Of a stretch of 64,000 nt of DNA, positions 12,376-25,721 are shown piece after piece. The stretch spans positions 83,948,001-84,012,000 of the forward strand of contig NC_083223.1 in assembly GCF_032191835.1 (NCBI RefSeq), written 5' to 3'. The number at the start of each line of letters is the position of its first letter. Positions within the stretch are counted from its first letter, which is position 1. The position numbers were made by a program, and so were the translations under genes. The stretch is from Heteronotia binoei. Its lineage: Eukaryota. Below the pieces are notes generated by a model, which ran no database searches, had not been told where the DNA came from, and saw only the letters and a list, made by a program, of their open reading frames with translations.

Positions 12376-13770
12376 GATAGCACTTCCCAGCCAACAACAC
12401 TTGTTCTGTAAGTGTAAAACCATTACTGTTATGTGATGCCAAACTTTGTTAAAGCCTTTCTACTCTGTGAAGTAAGATATATCTTCAGCCTCTATATCAC
12501 CACCTGGAAAATAGGGAGAATGTTCCAAGAATGGAGATAATGGCCAGCCCTATCCTAAGTGATGCACTTTTGTAGAGGCAGCAAATTACAAAGCCAAATG
12601 AATTAGCAATATCTCTTAAACTTCTCAATTAGACTCACAGACTCAATTTTCAATCTTTGTGAGGGGCTATCAGTGTGACATAATAGTTAAACTGCAAACT
12701 GGCACCTCAACAATGAATGGTGTGGGTTTGAAGACTCCACACACAGGGCAAATTTCCGTCTGTGGAACAGACCCCATGGATTCAGAACCAAATCAGTGTG
12801 TACCCGACCCTGCCAATTTCTGTAACGTAGTACCATGCTGGTCAGCAGCACTTCAATTCATAGCCAACACAGAAAATAGCAACTGTTAGGTGAGAAGTGA
12901 GAAGAATAAGATGTACCAAGTCTTCATTCTCTTACAAATGAAAAAAGGTTCTTAGTGCTGACAGCTCCTATTTCTATAGCAAGATGAAACAAACTGAATC
13001 CACAGGGGATTGGAGTAAGGCTTTGGTATTTAATTTACTCCTGAACAGTTTTTACCAGCAGCTTGCTAGTCACACAGCCTAAATGTGAAAGTGTGGCTGG
13101 CTAGAATAAGGAATCCGATGTGCTAAATTCATCTGATTTCTATAGGCCATATGCATAACACTTCCAAACAAATCAGTGAGACTGAAGAATCACACTGAGC
13201 ATTCTAACAAACGGGCTTCACATATGAGCTCTCAGGATTGGCAGGAGGAAAAAGACTGTCCATGACTCATGGAAAATGGCTACACAGATGCACACGATGC
13301 ATTTTTAAAAAAATCATCATTCACAGTTCTGAAAAACTTACTTAGTAAGAAAGTAAGCACAGCAAAAGAAGAAAAAAAACCCCAAATGACAATACATAAA
13401 AATCTAGATATTTAAAGAATTTGCAAGGAGGAGAAGACATTCTCAAGCAAATCCAACATCTGCATCCAATGTATGTTATTCCACACATTATACTGGTTTA
13501 GTGTATACATGTTACCACCTCAATCAGCTTTTTATTGAGGAATATTAATATTTCTTAGCTCAAAATGGCAAGTCTATGAGAGGTGAGGTGAAGCAGGATC
13601 TCTGTCAATGTTTACGGAAATAGACCACTGAAAATCCTTTGGTTAAATTAATGGATTTTATTATAGGAAATGATTTTCAAATAGTTACATCCCATTCAAA
13701 TAATTTTCAAGCATACAAGAGGAATTACAGAGGTTAGCTGAATAAGTGGGGGGGGAGTTGATACAATTAC

Positions 13771-13829
13771 CTAGTTCTTGCAGAGTAGGCTGGTCAGAGA
13801 AGGCGAGGCCTCTGAAGAGAGATTTTCTC
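13771..13829 (-). other. Candidate leader exon, 59 nt
   Basis: ~60-nt C/T tract ending ctcttctcag; donor TAG|gtaatt. Confidence 0.6.
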
Positions 13830-14140
13830 CTGAGAAGAGGGGGGTGAAGGCAGGAAGGGATGGGAGGAGGGGAGGATGAAAAGGGGTGGGAAGAATGCTA
13901 GGAAGCCACTCTGGGATGGCCTTTTCTAGGGCCAATTACATCACATCAAGAGGTCCAAGTGTCCAATGGGGAAGCAGTGTCAAAAACCCAAATACTCAAT
14001 AGGAAAGCAGTGTCATATTCATATATCCAATGAAAAGGCAGGGTATCATACACGCATACCCCCAAAAGAGGAATCTTAATTACATTGGCCAAATGGTTTA
14101 TGGCCCTGTTGATGCCAACGCTGGTTCCTTTGAAGCTCAC

Positions 14141-14221
14141 CAAAAGTGATAGATTTCTTTCTACATGTCAGGATGGATGGCCATTAGTCACAAATTCAGG
14201 AGATTGTTTGACTTTGGTAGC
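14141..14221 (-). other. Candidate leader exon, 81 nt, non-coding
   Basis: tttttctttaattgctgctaaag acceptor; TTG|gtgagc donor. Stops in all three frames; contains the uORF ATG GCC ATC CAT CCT GAC ATG TAG. Confidence 0.55.
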
Positions 14222-17200
14222 CTTTAGCAGCAATTAAAGAAAAATAGAAATTCCATAGAACTCAGATTCCCTGGCAGAAATGTGAAACCAGATTACAGAT
14301 ATAGCACACATTCACACAACAATATGGCCCTTGGCCTTTAACCTTTCTGTTTCTGCTGTCTTTCCTGAGGAATAGCAGACCCTACATACAGACCATTTGT
14401 TTATATGTTGCCAGTTTTAAGTTTTGGGAACAGGCTTGAAAGAGGTTACCACAAGGGGTGAAGGAATTTTTACAGCTTTGCCTATTATATGTCTCTCTTT
14501 GGGCCTGGATTTGTTCATTTCCAGGATCAGCAAATGGATGCTCTTTAGCCTTTCAGCACAGCCAATGTCTGCCGAGCCTGTGAACCAGACTTGACACGTC
14601 AGCCTGCCTAGGACCTGGATTGGACCAGGTTAGCCTCTCTTAAAAGCAAAAGAGACCATCCCAGTTAAAATGGGTATTGCTGTGTCATATTAATATTCTA
14701 GGGTTACACTGCAATATCACATTCCAAGGGTGCAATGTTTGGGTGTCAGTCCAGGAGTCTCTTTCAGGGTTTCACACCTTGTACAAAACCCTAAGTGCAT
14801 ACCAAAGAACGAGTCAGATTTGGAAACAAATATTACACAGGTGTAATGAAAGAGCCAGGAACTGCTACTATGGCGTGTCAAATGTGTAATGTGTCAGCCT
14901 TCCTGAAGTCTGCTACCATGCAACATGAAGAATGACTCCAAGACAAACAAAAACTATAAAATAGAATCAGGAGACAATTTCGAACAGAGGTACTGCAAAT
15001 TTCAACAATTTTGCTGCAAAAACAGAGCCAAAGAACAAGCTGAATGAAAAAAGCAATTAGCTAAAAAAGTGTGTTTTGATATTTAATAAGGAAACCACAT
15101 CAGCAGAGAGAACTTAAAAATAGCCTTTGAGTAACAAAGCAATTCTCCCACATTCTTCAAGACTGTGTACTCCTACTGTGGATGGCTTAAATTAAAGTAG
15201 CTTGCACTGCACCAGACACGTGAGTCAGCAAGAGCTGCTGTAGGAAACTGCTGACATTCTTAAATGGCTCATACACTATACACACACCCTTTCCTACTAC
15301 TCATTATGCATAGGACACACACACACAAGCATACTAAACACCTGCCACTCTAATTCAGATTTCCACTTTATAGAATTTTTTTTTAAAGTTCAAGTCAGCT
15401 ACAATTAGCTGCCAGAATTCAATCTTAAGGGCCAATGGAATTTTGTTGCTGTTTTTTATTCAAAAATATTTTAAAGCTAAGTATCCCTTTTCAAAAACTT
15501 TGTCACACAAGCACTGAAACAGGCAAATAACATGCGCTTCCCTTTAAAAAAAATGAGCAGAAGGCTCATTTTGAACTTGGTACATTTAAAACATGAAACA
15601 ACAGCATTAGTCAATTATAAACAGTTAGAGGTTAATTTCTAGAAAGAGAAATGCTGAGACCCAAGCATAATTTGGAAATGAAGACTTCTGCCTCAGAAGA
15701 CCCATTTCATAATCCTAGTTGTTGCAGGTGGAGGGAGGATTGCATTTAAACAGAGATACAGGAAATGAGATCAGCACATATATATTGCTGTTATTTCACA
15801 TATTCCAAATCTAGACTATGGGTCAAATTTTAGACCTGCAAGATGGCAAATGACAAGATTACAACAATTTACAAATATCTGTTTAAGACTGATACAGAAA
15901 TTAGAGAAGTCGGCAAGTATATGCACCAGCAGCATATTATGAAATTGAGAGTGTATGGATATGCTGAAGACCCAGGCAAATTGAGAATCCCTTAGGATGT
16001 GTGTCCATTGCGCAATGCAAACACGTGAGCAATTATGGTGCAGTGCAGTGGACAGAGTTGGGTTTAAGACACAAGAAAACCACATTTATATCCCACTAAT
16101 TCACTAGTTTGGATCCTGTGATCCATGCACACAAGGATTAGCCACTTATTTAGTAGCCCTTTAAAAACCAACAAGATTTTCAATGTACAAACTTTAAATA
16201 GTCAAAGCTCCCTTCATCAGACTGGGCTGGCCATGGTTCCCTACACCAGCAGTCTTTTTCAATACAGTCTCTTTCAAATTAATTTCCAGGGTTACTAGAC
16301 CTGTGTGGCCTAAATGCTCCCCCTGCATCTTGCATAAGAAGAATGCACACACCAGAAGGGACTGCTGTGGGAAGGGGAATTCAGGAAGGACCTGCAACCG
16401 TCAGCACATTCTGCTGCTGTTTCTTTATTTAAATATATATATGTTCACTTTTCCACCTAATTTCACATCTTCAAGGCAGCAAACAGTCAAATATGCTTTT
16501 TAAAAAAACCCTTAAAATACATATGTAGGGGCTTTTTTGTGATAGCATTCCCCAGTATGGAGTATTGGCAACTTTTAGGGGGCTTTCCTAAATCCTGAAT
16601 GTGAGACTGGTAGAAATCAGTGCAACTATGACCCTTTGGGAGGGGGCACATAAAAAGACTGCATATATATGGAACAAATTAAAACAGTTAAGCAATATAC
16701 GAACAGGAAAGAGTGCCAGTAAGGAAATGCAAAACAACACAGAAAATCTTGCTGCTGGCACAGAACAGTAGTAGAAGGGGACAGACCAATATCCCTACAG
16801 AGGGAATTTCACAGTTTCTGTGCCATGACTGAGAAGGCTCTTAGGTTGTCTAGCCACAGATGGATAGGCACGTGATGCAGAGCTCCTGAAGATAACCTTA
16901 GCAATCATATGGGATTAGGCTGTTCTTAAGTATACTTGTCTTAAACCATATAGAACATTAAAGGGAAATAGCCATTCATTGTCTAAATCTATATTGTAGA
17001 CTAAGAAGAGATAAAATCCATGTAAATGTACCCAGATTTCCTTGCAGGAAAAAACAGAATTGAAGTGGGAATAAATAACTAAGAAATCGTTTAAGCAGAG
17101 ACACATTGGAAGGAGAGCCAAATATGCAAAATTCCTGTACATTATGCTGTTCCCATGGGATAAGTTGGAATTTGAACAGAATTTTTAAAAATAAGGTTGG

Positions 17201-19286
17201 CTCTCATGCCATATATGCAACACCAGAGATATGTGACTGCAAATCTCTACAATGGGCAAAGCGTCCCTTGGTTAAAATGGCTTGAATGAGTCTCTTTTAT
17301 TTATCTACTCTTTCAGCAATTTCCTATGTTAACATTATACATATCTCAAATCAGACCAAATCATAAACATATGGTCATCAACAGAAGTTTGCAATAGTCT
17401 GTGTGAAGGGATAAAAATTGTACGTGACCTGTCAGTAAAAATCCTCCAGTGATTTCAGAATATCCATAACTTAAGTCAATGCAGATACACCAGAGTAATT
17501 AATTTGAAAGTGGTGGTGTTTATCAGCAGCAACCTTGCTCAGCAATATCCTAGAGACTTGAGTTTCAAGTGCAAAGAAAGCAAGACACTACAATACGAAC
17601 AATAATCTTTTGGAACATAGCAGCATGAAATGCCAGGCTACATTGATACTTTTTCACTACTTCTTGGAAAGCAATTTGTTTAGTCGGGAGCTTAGTTTTC
17701 ATGCTTAAGTTTCAACAGAGAGTCCACTTCTAATGTAATGAAATGTGTTATTTCACTTGCATAAAAGCATGTGTTTTGGTAGGGCTTCTTTCATTCGCCT
17801 TTCCTTCTCTTTTGATTTACATGCATTGTTCATTCAATAGCTCTTCAGTCAATGCTGGTAATTGTTGTACTAAGCCAGTGGCTTCAATTTAAGCTCATTA
17901 TTGATCACACAGAAATTTGTATGCATTCCTCTGCTTGCTTGCTTTAAAATTATAATTTCAACTCCAGCAGTGGCAGGCTAAGTATGATGCTTTTCAACAC
18001 ACTACAAAGATTCTTCAGTCTAGAAAGCAAAACGAGCATGCTGCAACTCAGCTGGCTATGCTCATACATTTTACATTTTCTTGAGGCAAGCTTCAAAATG
18101 AATACTTAATTCATGCAGCTGCCACAAGATTAATTTCCTCCCCCCTCAGAACAGAAGAAACGGTGACCAAGTTTTGCAAAGCTGAGTAGGCATTACAAAC
18201 CCAGTTGTAACAAATCATATGCATTTTTCAGAATGGTAAGATGGACAATTTGAACATTCCACCATAGCCCATTAGATTTTCAAGAATCAACAAACATTAC
18301 CTATGTTGTATGCATAGGAAGTTCAATTATTAAAAAGACAACAAATTTAGAGTGGGGAAAAGTCTGCAAGTGGAATATGTGGTATCTACTCCCTAGAGCA
18401 CAGCATATTCATCTGAGTTCTAGTGCTATAGCTGAAATGATCATGTGCACATCAAAACGCAGAGATAGAGCTGCTGAATATTTCCAGAAACTTACCTTCT
18501 AATATTAATAAGGATAAAAACATTCAATATGATAACAGATTTTTTACATATACTGCAAATTTTGTGCACATCAAAAGTTAAAAGTGGAAAAAAGAGGCAT
18601 TCAATGGAAATCATAACATAATAAGCAGCCAGTCATTTTATTTCAATTATTTGCATCAAACAATTCACTAGCATACCATGGACTAAGTATGTACCTTTAT
18701 AATATGTCTTGGGACATGAAACCTGCAGTAAACCCTTCCCACTAAGATTTCTAAGTACTTGACAGCGCACTCCTAAACAAAGGGTGCAATTCTCCTTAGG
18801 ATGGCAGTGTTATCTGCTCAGTATAAAGCAGGCCTTAGGACACACACATGTTTACTTTCATCTGTTAGGGGACCATAAAACATTTAAATACTGCCAATAT
18901 AATAGCTGTGTTTTGTATTTATGCCTCTGAGGGTTGAGGTTGTAGAGTTTTTCTTTACACCTAAGAAAAAACACAGGGACGTGAACTGATGTCTTATGAA
19001 TACAAGAAGAAATGATTTCTTTTTCATTGTTTTACACAGGGAGACAGCGTAGGGTTTTTTCCCAAGTGAAATATTGAAGTCATTAGCTATAGCCAAGCAG
19101 AAGGCAATTTTAGAGCCTTACAGATAAAAGTAACTAAAAGTGACAATACTGTATTACATTACAAAAATGCGCACATCAGATTTATTTATTTGCCTTTATA
19201 TTCTGCCTTATCCTAGAATAAACCTTTATTATTAGTTCATCATCAACTTTTAACAGGAAGACTTTGAAAAAGATCAATTCACTTAC

Positions 19287-19383
19287 CATTTAAACAACCG
19301 CAATTTATTTGCGATTACAACAGAGTAACAAATGCTACTAACTGCATAGATGACTGCCAAAGTACAAGATATTTCCATAATGC
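19287..19383 (-). other. Candidate leader exon, 97 nt, carrying a strong-context uATG
   Basis: gtttttctatggtttgtag acceptor; ATG|gtaagt donor; ATG at 19378 in ATTATGG context. Confidence 0.55.
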
Positions 19384-21381
19384 CTACAAACCATAGAAAA
19401 ACATAATATGTTCTATTCCAACTTATACTGTAAATGTAACATGATAGAAAGATTGCCCGCCACGCAGTTTGATATCAAATTAAACCTATTATACTTAGCA
19501 AGTCTCCAAATATCTACACAACCTCATATTGGGCATCTGAATATAGCACATGATATCAAATATTGCCCTCAGCTATCAATCTACATTATTTTTAATACAC
19601 CACAGATGATTGCCTCCTAGGCCCCTCCAAGTATCAAGATGTAATGACACGGAAAGACATACTCAGAAAGAAATGGAGGCCATGTGAAAATCTCTGAAAA
19701 TAAAGACCACTCTTTGCCTGTGATCTGCCTCAATTTGGAATATATTCAACTAGAGAGCTAATTCAGATTGAGCTCTGATTCATTCATTATGAGCACCAGA
19801 TCTCATTAGACTTTATTTAAGCAAACCTGTAAATGGGACAATACTGCATCAGAAAAATCTTACTTATTTGAACTTATATTCTGCCTGCCTTGCAGGCCTA
19901 GCAATAAGGTGCTCAGAACTCCTAACATTCTCAGAGAGATCATTGGAAACACGATGTTGAGAAGTGGAGAATTTCCTGGTCCTGACATGTTTGCCCACTA
20001 GTGTCCCACCTTATGCTCAAACTCAGCAGGTGACAGGAGTGACAATAAAAAGAACTATAGATGTGATGTGAATTAGGCCACTGATGCAGTTACAGTTCAC
20101 TATGCAATAGGATACTTTAAACCTTCCAGGTCTTCTATGTCCTTAGGGTCCAGAAAGCCCAGGATGCCACAGCTGCCTAACAAAGACTACTACAACAGCT
20201 CTCCTCACTGGTGTGGCCAGGTAAATTTCAGAGGGAAAGGGATGGGAATGGCAGCAGGGAAGCAGAAACACAAATCCAAAGACCGCTTTGGTAGTTCTTT
20301 TAAACTCCAAGGTTTTGCTCCATTTTGCGCACTTCTGATTACATGTGCTCCAGTATTAGCCCTGCAGCAGTGTGTGTACTCCTGAAATACTCCTACCCGA
20401 ATACTTACTATTCCTGGCAGAAAAACAATATCTGTCCTAGTAATACCCATGCTATCCCTTCAAGCAGAAAGCACATGCATTCCAATAGTTATATAAACCT
20501 AACAATGTGAGTTCTTCCAAATACAGGTTTCCCATAAAGCTATCTAGTAACATGTTAAGCAGCAGTATGTAGTCATCCTCTCCACACCTTAACCTGTCTC
20601 TCCTGCCTGCAACTTCAGTATGAATGCATACCTTCCAGAAGTTAATTAGGGCTGGATTTTACCTCAACGCTGCTTGAACTTCTGCAGTTATTGCTCATCA
20701 CCAGTTCTCTTAACTGCTTTGCAAACATCAATCATCTTCATAACATTGCTGAAGGCACTGCCTAGGCGGCTTGAGAAAACGAAACATGTTACAGAACGAG
20801 TTATCCTCAGAACTGGGAATTCAAACATACAACTCCAGTTCTCATTCCCACGCTTGGAACGCAGGAGAAAGAGTTCTCATTTTAACTACAGGCGTTTCGA
20901 TGCCACAAGTGCTCAACATTTTCAGCTGCACTGACTGATATAGGCTCTAGTGTGAGGTACTATTTTAAAATATAAATATATATTCCATCCTACCAACTCT
21001 ATAGAGAACTTCTGACAATGTTAATGAGATCATCCTCAGTTTACAACAAATTTAATCTAACCCATCCCTCCCAAGATGCCATCTGGTGAACTAAAATAAA
21101 ATATGCCTCAGCTCCCTCATCAGCAATATGGAAACTATACAGACCTACTTTCCAAAGTTATTATAAAGATAACAGGTTAATGTATGTGAAGGATTAGAAA
21201 AACAACAAGAGTGGCTTACATATAGCACCAAAGGTATTAATAGCAGTGACAAAATTTAAAGCAGGACTTTCTGATTTGCAGCTCAAGCGGGGGGGTGGGG
21301 TATACCCTTTTCAGTCTACCAAGGTCAGTGGTCTTAGAAGGGTGCATCTCTGTTCAATATTACACTCTTGGGCCATTGAGC

Positions 21382-21610
21382 CATAAAGTGCTAGAGGTGG
21401 AAAGGACCTTAAAGTTCATCTAGGATGTCTCTCTTCTCCATAAGGGAACATACAACTACAGCATCCCCTACAGTCAGCTATTCAGTCTGTGCTCAAAGAC
21501 CTCCTGTGAAGAAGAGTTCACCCACTTCAGAGGCAGATTGTTCTACTGTTGAACAGGAAGCTTCTCCTAACAATTAGGCCAAATTCTCTTCCTTGTAATT
21601 TCCACCCTTT
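21382..21610 (-). mobile_element. Old CR1 LINE 3' fragment
   Basis: ctagaggtggaaaggaccttaaagttcatctag...gcagattgttctactgttgaacag resembles the recalled CR1 3' end, reversed. Confidence 0.7.
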
Positions 21611-23371
21611 TTCTAGTCAACACACTTACATATTCATACACTTTAGGCATCCTAGTTAAAGGAAGATAGTTAAGTGATTGTGTTATCAAATTCAGTGTTA
21701 CAGATAAACTTTCCTTAGTCACAGCCTCCTATAGGTTTGTAAGGGTATGTCTATTTTATACCTCTCAAACACACTAAATAACATTCATAAAATACATGTC
21801 TGCCGAATGAGTTCAACACTACATGGGCTCTGTCTCATGGAAATTCATGTACCCATAAATGTGTTATGTCTTTCAGGTGCCACAAAAAAAACCACTCTGG
21901 CTGCATTCAAATTTTACACCTAACTGCATGGAAGAAGTAAAAAGGTGCACCAACACAGCTGCACATGCCTTGGTCCTTCCTTCTTGCACAAAGAAACTAA
22001 CTCCAGTTACTCATGACAGAGTCAGGCATGCAGGATAAATAGATTTAGGCTTGACCTCACTAACTGCGATTTTAAACTAGGGTTTATGTTCAGGTTAAGT
22101 ATCTAGATTAACAATGGGGGCAGCTATCCTTAGTTAACCCACTTCCCTGCAATCACAGATAACCAGAGTCAGTTTTTAACTGGAGAAAGAATAAGGCACA
22201 CATGCTGGACTTGAGCACATTTTTTGATTTAACAGAAGTTAAGCATGATATCCAAATCCAAAGTTTGATGCTTTGACTGTAGCAGACTAACAGTGCAGTC
22301 CCTGAGTTACATGCACCCTTCTATGCCACTTACTTCACTAGGTATAGAAGGGTGTGATTGTGTTTAGGAATGCACTTGTGAGAGTGCTACACCACTGGAT
22401 TGGTGTATGTCATTTATTGTTCTATGCTCCAAACCATGCGTGTTACTAGGATACTGTTTTTCTGTCTAGAAGCCAGGCCATAATATAGGAGTACTTCTGG
22501 GATACACACATTGCTGTTGTAGGACTCATACGGGTACAACTGGAACATAACATATCCAATCAGATGTGAGAAAAATGGAGTAAAACCTAGGAGTTTAAGA
22601 ACAACCATTATTTCCATATGCCAAAGTGGCATTTGGATTTGTGTTTCTGCTTCCTCACTGCTACAGTCCATTTAGACTCCTTAGCCTGCAATCCTGTGCA
22701 TTTTCTATCTAGTAATTCCCACTTAATTTTCTTTTGAATAAACATGCACAAGACTTGGCTACAAATGACTTTTTGTACAAACGTTAAGAAAATGCCATAA
22801 GTATTATCATAGAACACTGAGGAAGGTGTATCTGTAACACCGAATTTGAAAACACAATCACTTAACTACCTTCCTTTAACTAGGCTGCCTAAAGTGTATG
22901 AATATCACTTCTGCTTCATACTTGCTGTCTTTAATAAAAAAAAGTTTACTCTACATAGGCCTGGGCTTCAGTAATGAATATTCTGGTGATCTCACAATAA
23001 CTGAAGCTTTCTAAGACAGATGCCTGCTGCATTATAAAAATAGCCTGCTCCACAAAAGGCGAGGCATGATTTCACACTTAGCTTACTTCATGACAGCCAG
23101 AGCCTTTGCAGTTAGCAGCCTGGTCTATATGTTACATTTTAATGATCTGGGAATATCATTATCGGCAGTAACATCTCTCTCTAACTTTATACCAGAGAGA
23201 GGCAGACAGAGAGGGAAAAGACAAAGTCTTTCATTAGTAATTATCTTATTTTAGGATCCCACTAGGCAAGTAAGATATTTCAGTGGGAAGTAATTACCCT
23301 CCGATGTGCAACTCAACAGATTAAACTGATACAAAAACCACTTTAACACTACAGCGTAATCTGAAAGCCAC

Positions 23372-24185
23372 GAGGGTGTGCATTTGGCTAAATCAGAGCC
23401 AAAAATAAAATCTGAAAAATACCTTATTGGTATTTTCCAGATATTCTTTTAAGGGGGGGGGGCATTTTTTGGCTATCCAAAATGGTCAAGCCCAAAAAAT
23501 CCCAAAAATATTCGGGATTTTTTAGGACCACTAGATAGTTGTAGTTAAAAAGCATTTAAAGAGACTGCAGTCCCTTTACATGCCTCCAGGGTTAAATAAT
23601 CACTTGGATAAAATGTTTAAAGGGACTGCAAGCCCTTTAAATGCCTTCAGAGTTCTCTCGCAGAGTCACACTGCCCATGCAGCCTGAAAAGATCATTTAA
23701 AAGGATCATAATCACTTGCAGAATCACACTGCTCATGCAGCTTGAAAAGATCATTTAAAAAGACTGTGATCTCTTTAAGCATGTTTTTTCCTTCCAATGA
23801 AACTAATGGAGGATGGAAGCACCTTCTTTGGGGGCCCATTGAATTGGACCCCTGCTCCAATCTTTTTGAAACCTGGGGAGTTTTTTTTAGGAGAGGCACC
23901 AGCAGCTATGCTGCAAATTTGGTATCTCTACCTCAAAAACACAGCCCCCCCAGGCCTCCAGATACCCTGGATCAATTCTCCATTATACCCTATGGGGACC
24001 ATTGGCTATAAGTGGGACTATAGGGCATAATGCAGCTGAATAAAAAGCAGGAATCCCAAATATTTCCTGAATTAAAATACCATACCGCTATTAGGATTCA
24101 GGAATATTTGGAAATACTAATATTTTTCTGGTTCAATATACTGTGAGAAAATGTCAGGGTTTTTTTTTTTTTTTTGCACACCCTA
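23372..24185. mobile_element. Non-autonomous hAT element, 814 bp
   Basis: TIR agggtgtgca / tgcacaccct; perfect 8-bp TSD AAAGCCAC; internal tttaaagggactgcagtccctttaaa repeats. Confidence 0.9.
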
Positions 24186-24793
24186 AAAGCCACCTTCTGT
24201 AAAAACAACAAAAATTATCTGATGCTTGTCATGGACAATTTGAAGGAGAGTCTTCCTTGCCACAAGGATACTTCTAGTAATTAGATGATTTGGCAGCATG
24301 ACAACTCTGCAATAAATGTACTGCAAATGAGGCAACATTGATGTCCTAAGCACACATAACCATGTACACCCATCCAAGTATTTTTGCAAATGCATGTGCC
24401 AGATATCTTGAAGAAAATACTTGTGCTGAATTTTACTTCAAGAGTAAAGGGCCGAAACAAAAAAGGCAAGGTGTCTCTTAACAGGCAGGATTTTATAATG
24501 CAACAGCCAACAACAGAATTGTTTGGGAGGCTACAATACACTACAAGGTAACCACCGCAAGCCCAAAAAAGAAAGAGAGGGAGGGAAGAAAGGAGCCCAG
24601 GAGCTGACCAGATTGACATCACAATACACATCCAATTACAAATAGGAAACCCCAATGGGAGAATGAGGGGGAGAGCAGCAGGGATAATGAGAGCAGCTTT
24701 ATATGCCTAGTCCATGCTGGATGGTTTTAATGGGGATCTGGCAAGAAGTATTCAGCCGCCCAGACTGAACAAACAAACAAAAAACCCACTTAC

Positions 24794-24945
24794 TCGGCTC
24801 AGTAGTGGGCTACTAGATGCAAAATGCAAGCCTTGCAGCTCTCCCCTTCTTTTATTAGAACTTGTCTTAAGGCATTCTGAGGTTTTGCACAAGCTTTTTC
24901 CACCCCCCTTGAGAACCATCAACCCGCGGTTGCAACACAAGAAAG
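24794..24945 (-). other. Candidate leader exon, 152 nt
   Basis: tctttggtgcattccag acceptor; CGA|gtaagt donor. Confidence 0.6.
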
Positions 24946-25589
24946 CTGGAATGCACCAAAGATTTACGAGAGAAAATGGGGGGGGGGGGAGTGTGTGTGT
25001 AACAAGATTAGGAATATTTGTCTGCCAGTTCTCCCTCCCCTTTTTTTCAGCTCGTTAAAAAGGCCTTGCGATCTGACAGCTGCTCGCACAAAAAACAACT
25101 CCCCCTCCACCCTCTTCCCAATGTCTGACTTACTATCCTGGGCTCCTCCTCCTGCGGCTCTCTCAAGACACCCATCCCCGGGCATGCACGAAGTAGGCAA
25201 TCGCCACTTTCCCCCTGATGTCTTGGGACGAAAGCACTAATGAAATTTTAAAAAATGCCCACCGACAGGCAGGCCTTCCACACCCCCTCGGCTTCGCTCC
25301 TCCCCACCCACTCCTACCACCTATAAAAGCCACCCTTCCGCGATTAAAAAGCCAAGCCGGTGCCGATCACCATCGGGAACGGAACGCAACGCGCGTCGGC
25401 TCGGTTCATACAAGCTCTCAGTTACACAACGTCTAAGAAGCAGGTCGGATCTCTTGTTAGGTATTCTTCCGTCCCGGTTAATCGCCTCTCAGAGGAAAGC
25501 AGCCCCTCTCCCACCTACGCGTCATGCCAAACTTCATCTCCATCCTCAGGCTGGAAGGAATTGGGGGAAGGGTGGAGAAAGGGACTCAC

Positions 25590-25721
25590 CTTCTATCAAT
25601 CTAACTTTCGATAGCTCCTCGCGCTGCCTGCAGACGTTTGGGGGCGGGAGGTGGGAGAAGAAGACTGAATCTTGCTGAGGGCTCTTGTTGTTGCTGAGGT
25701 TGTCTGTAGAATATTTTGCAC
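25590..25721 (-). other. Candidate first or second leader exon, 132 nt, no ATG
   Basis: gtgtcttctttag acceptor; AAG|gtgagt consensus donor. Confidence 0.65.

Noticed and set aside
17032-17040. 9-nt micro-exon GAAATCTGG after a strong acceptor
   Set aside because: The acceptor is good but the donor (GG|gtacat) is weak, so the exon end cannot be placed.
20807-20844. miR-146-like hairpin (minus strand TGAGAACTGG...CCAGTTCTGA)
   Set aside because: Only the seed region is similar. The stem is ~14 bp with mismatches and has no lower stem, too short for a pre-miRNA.
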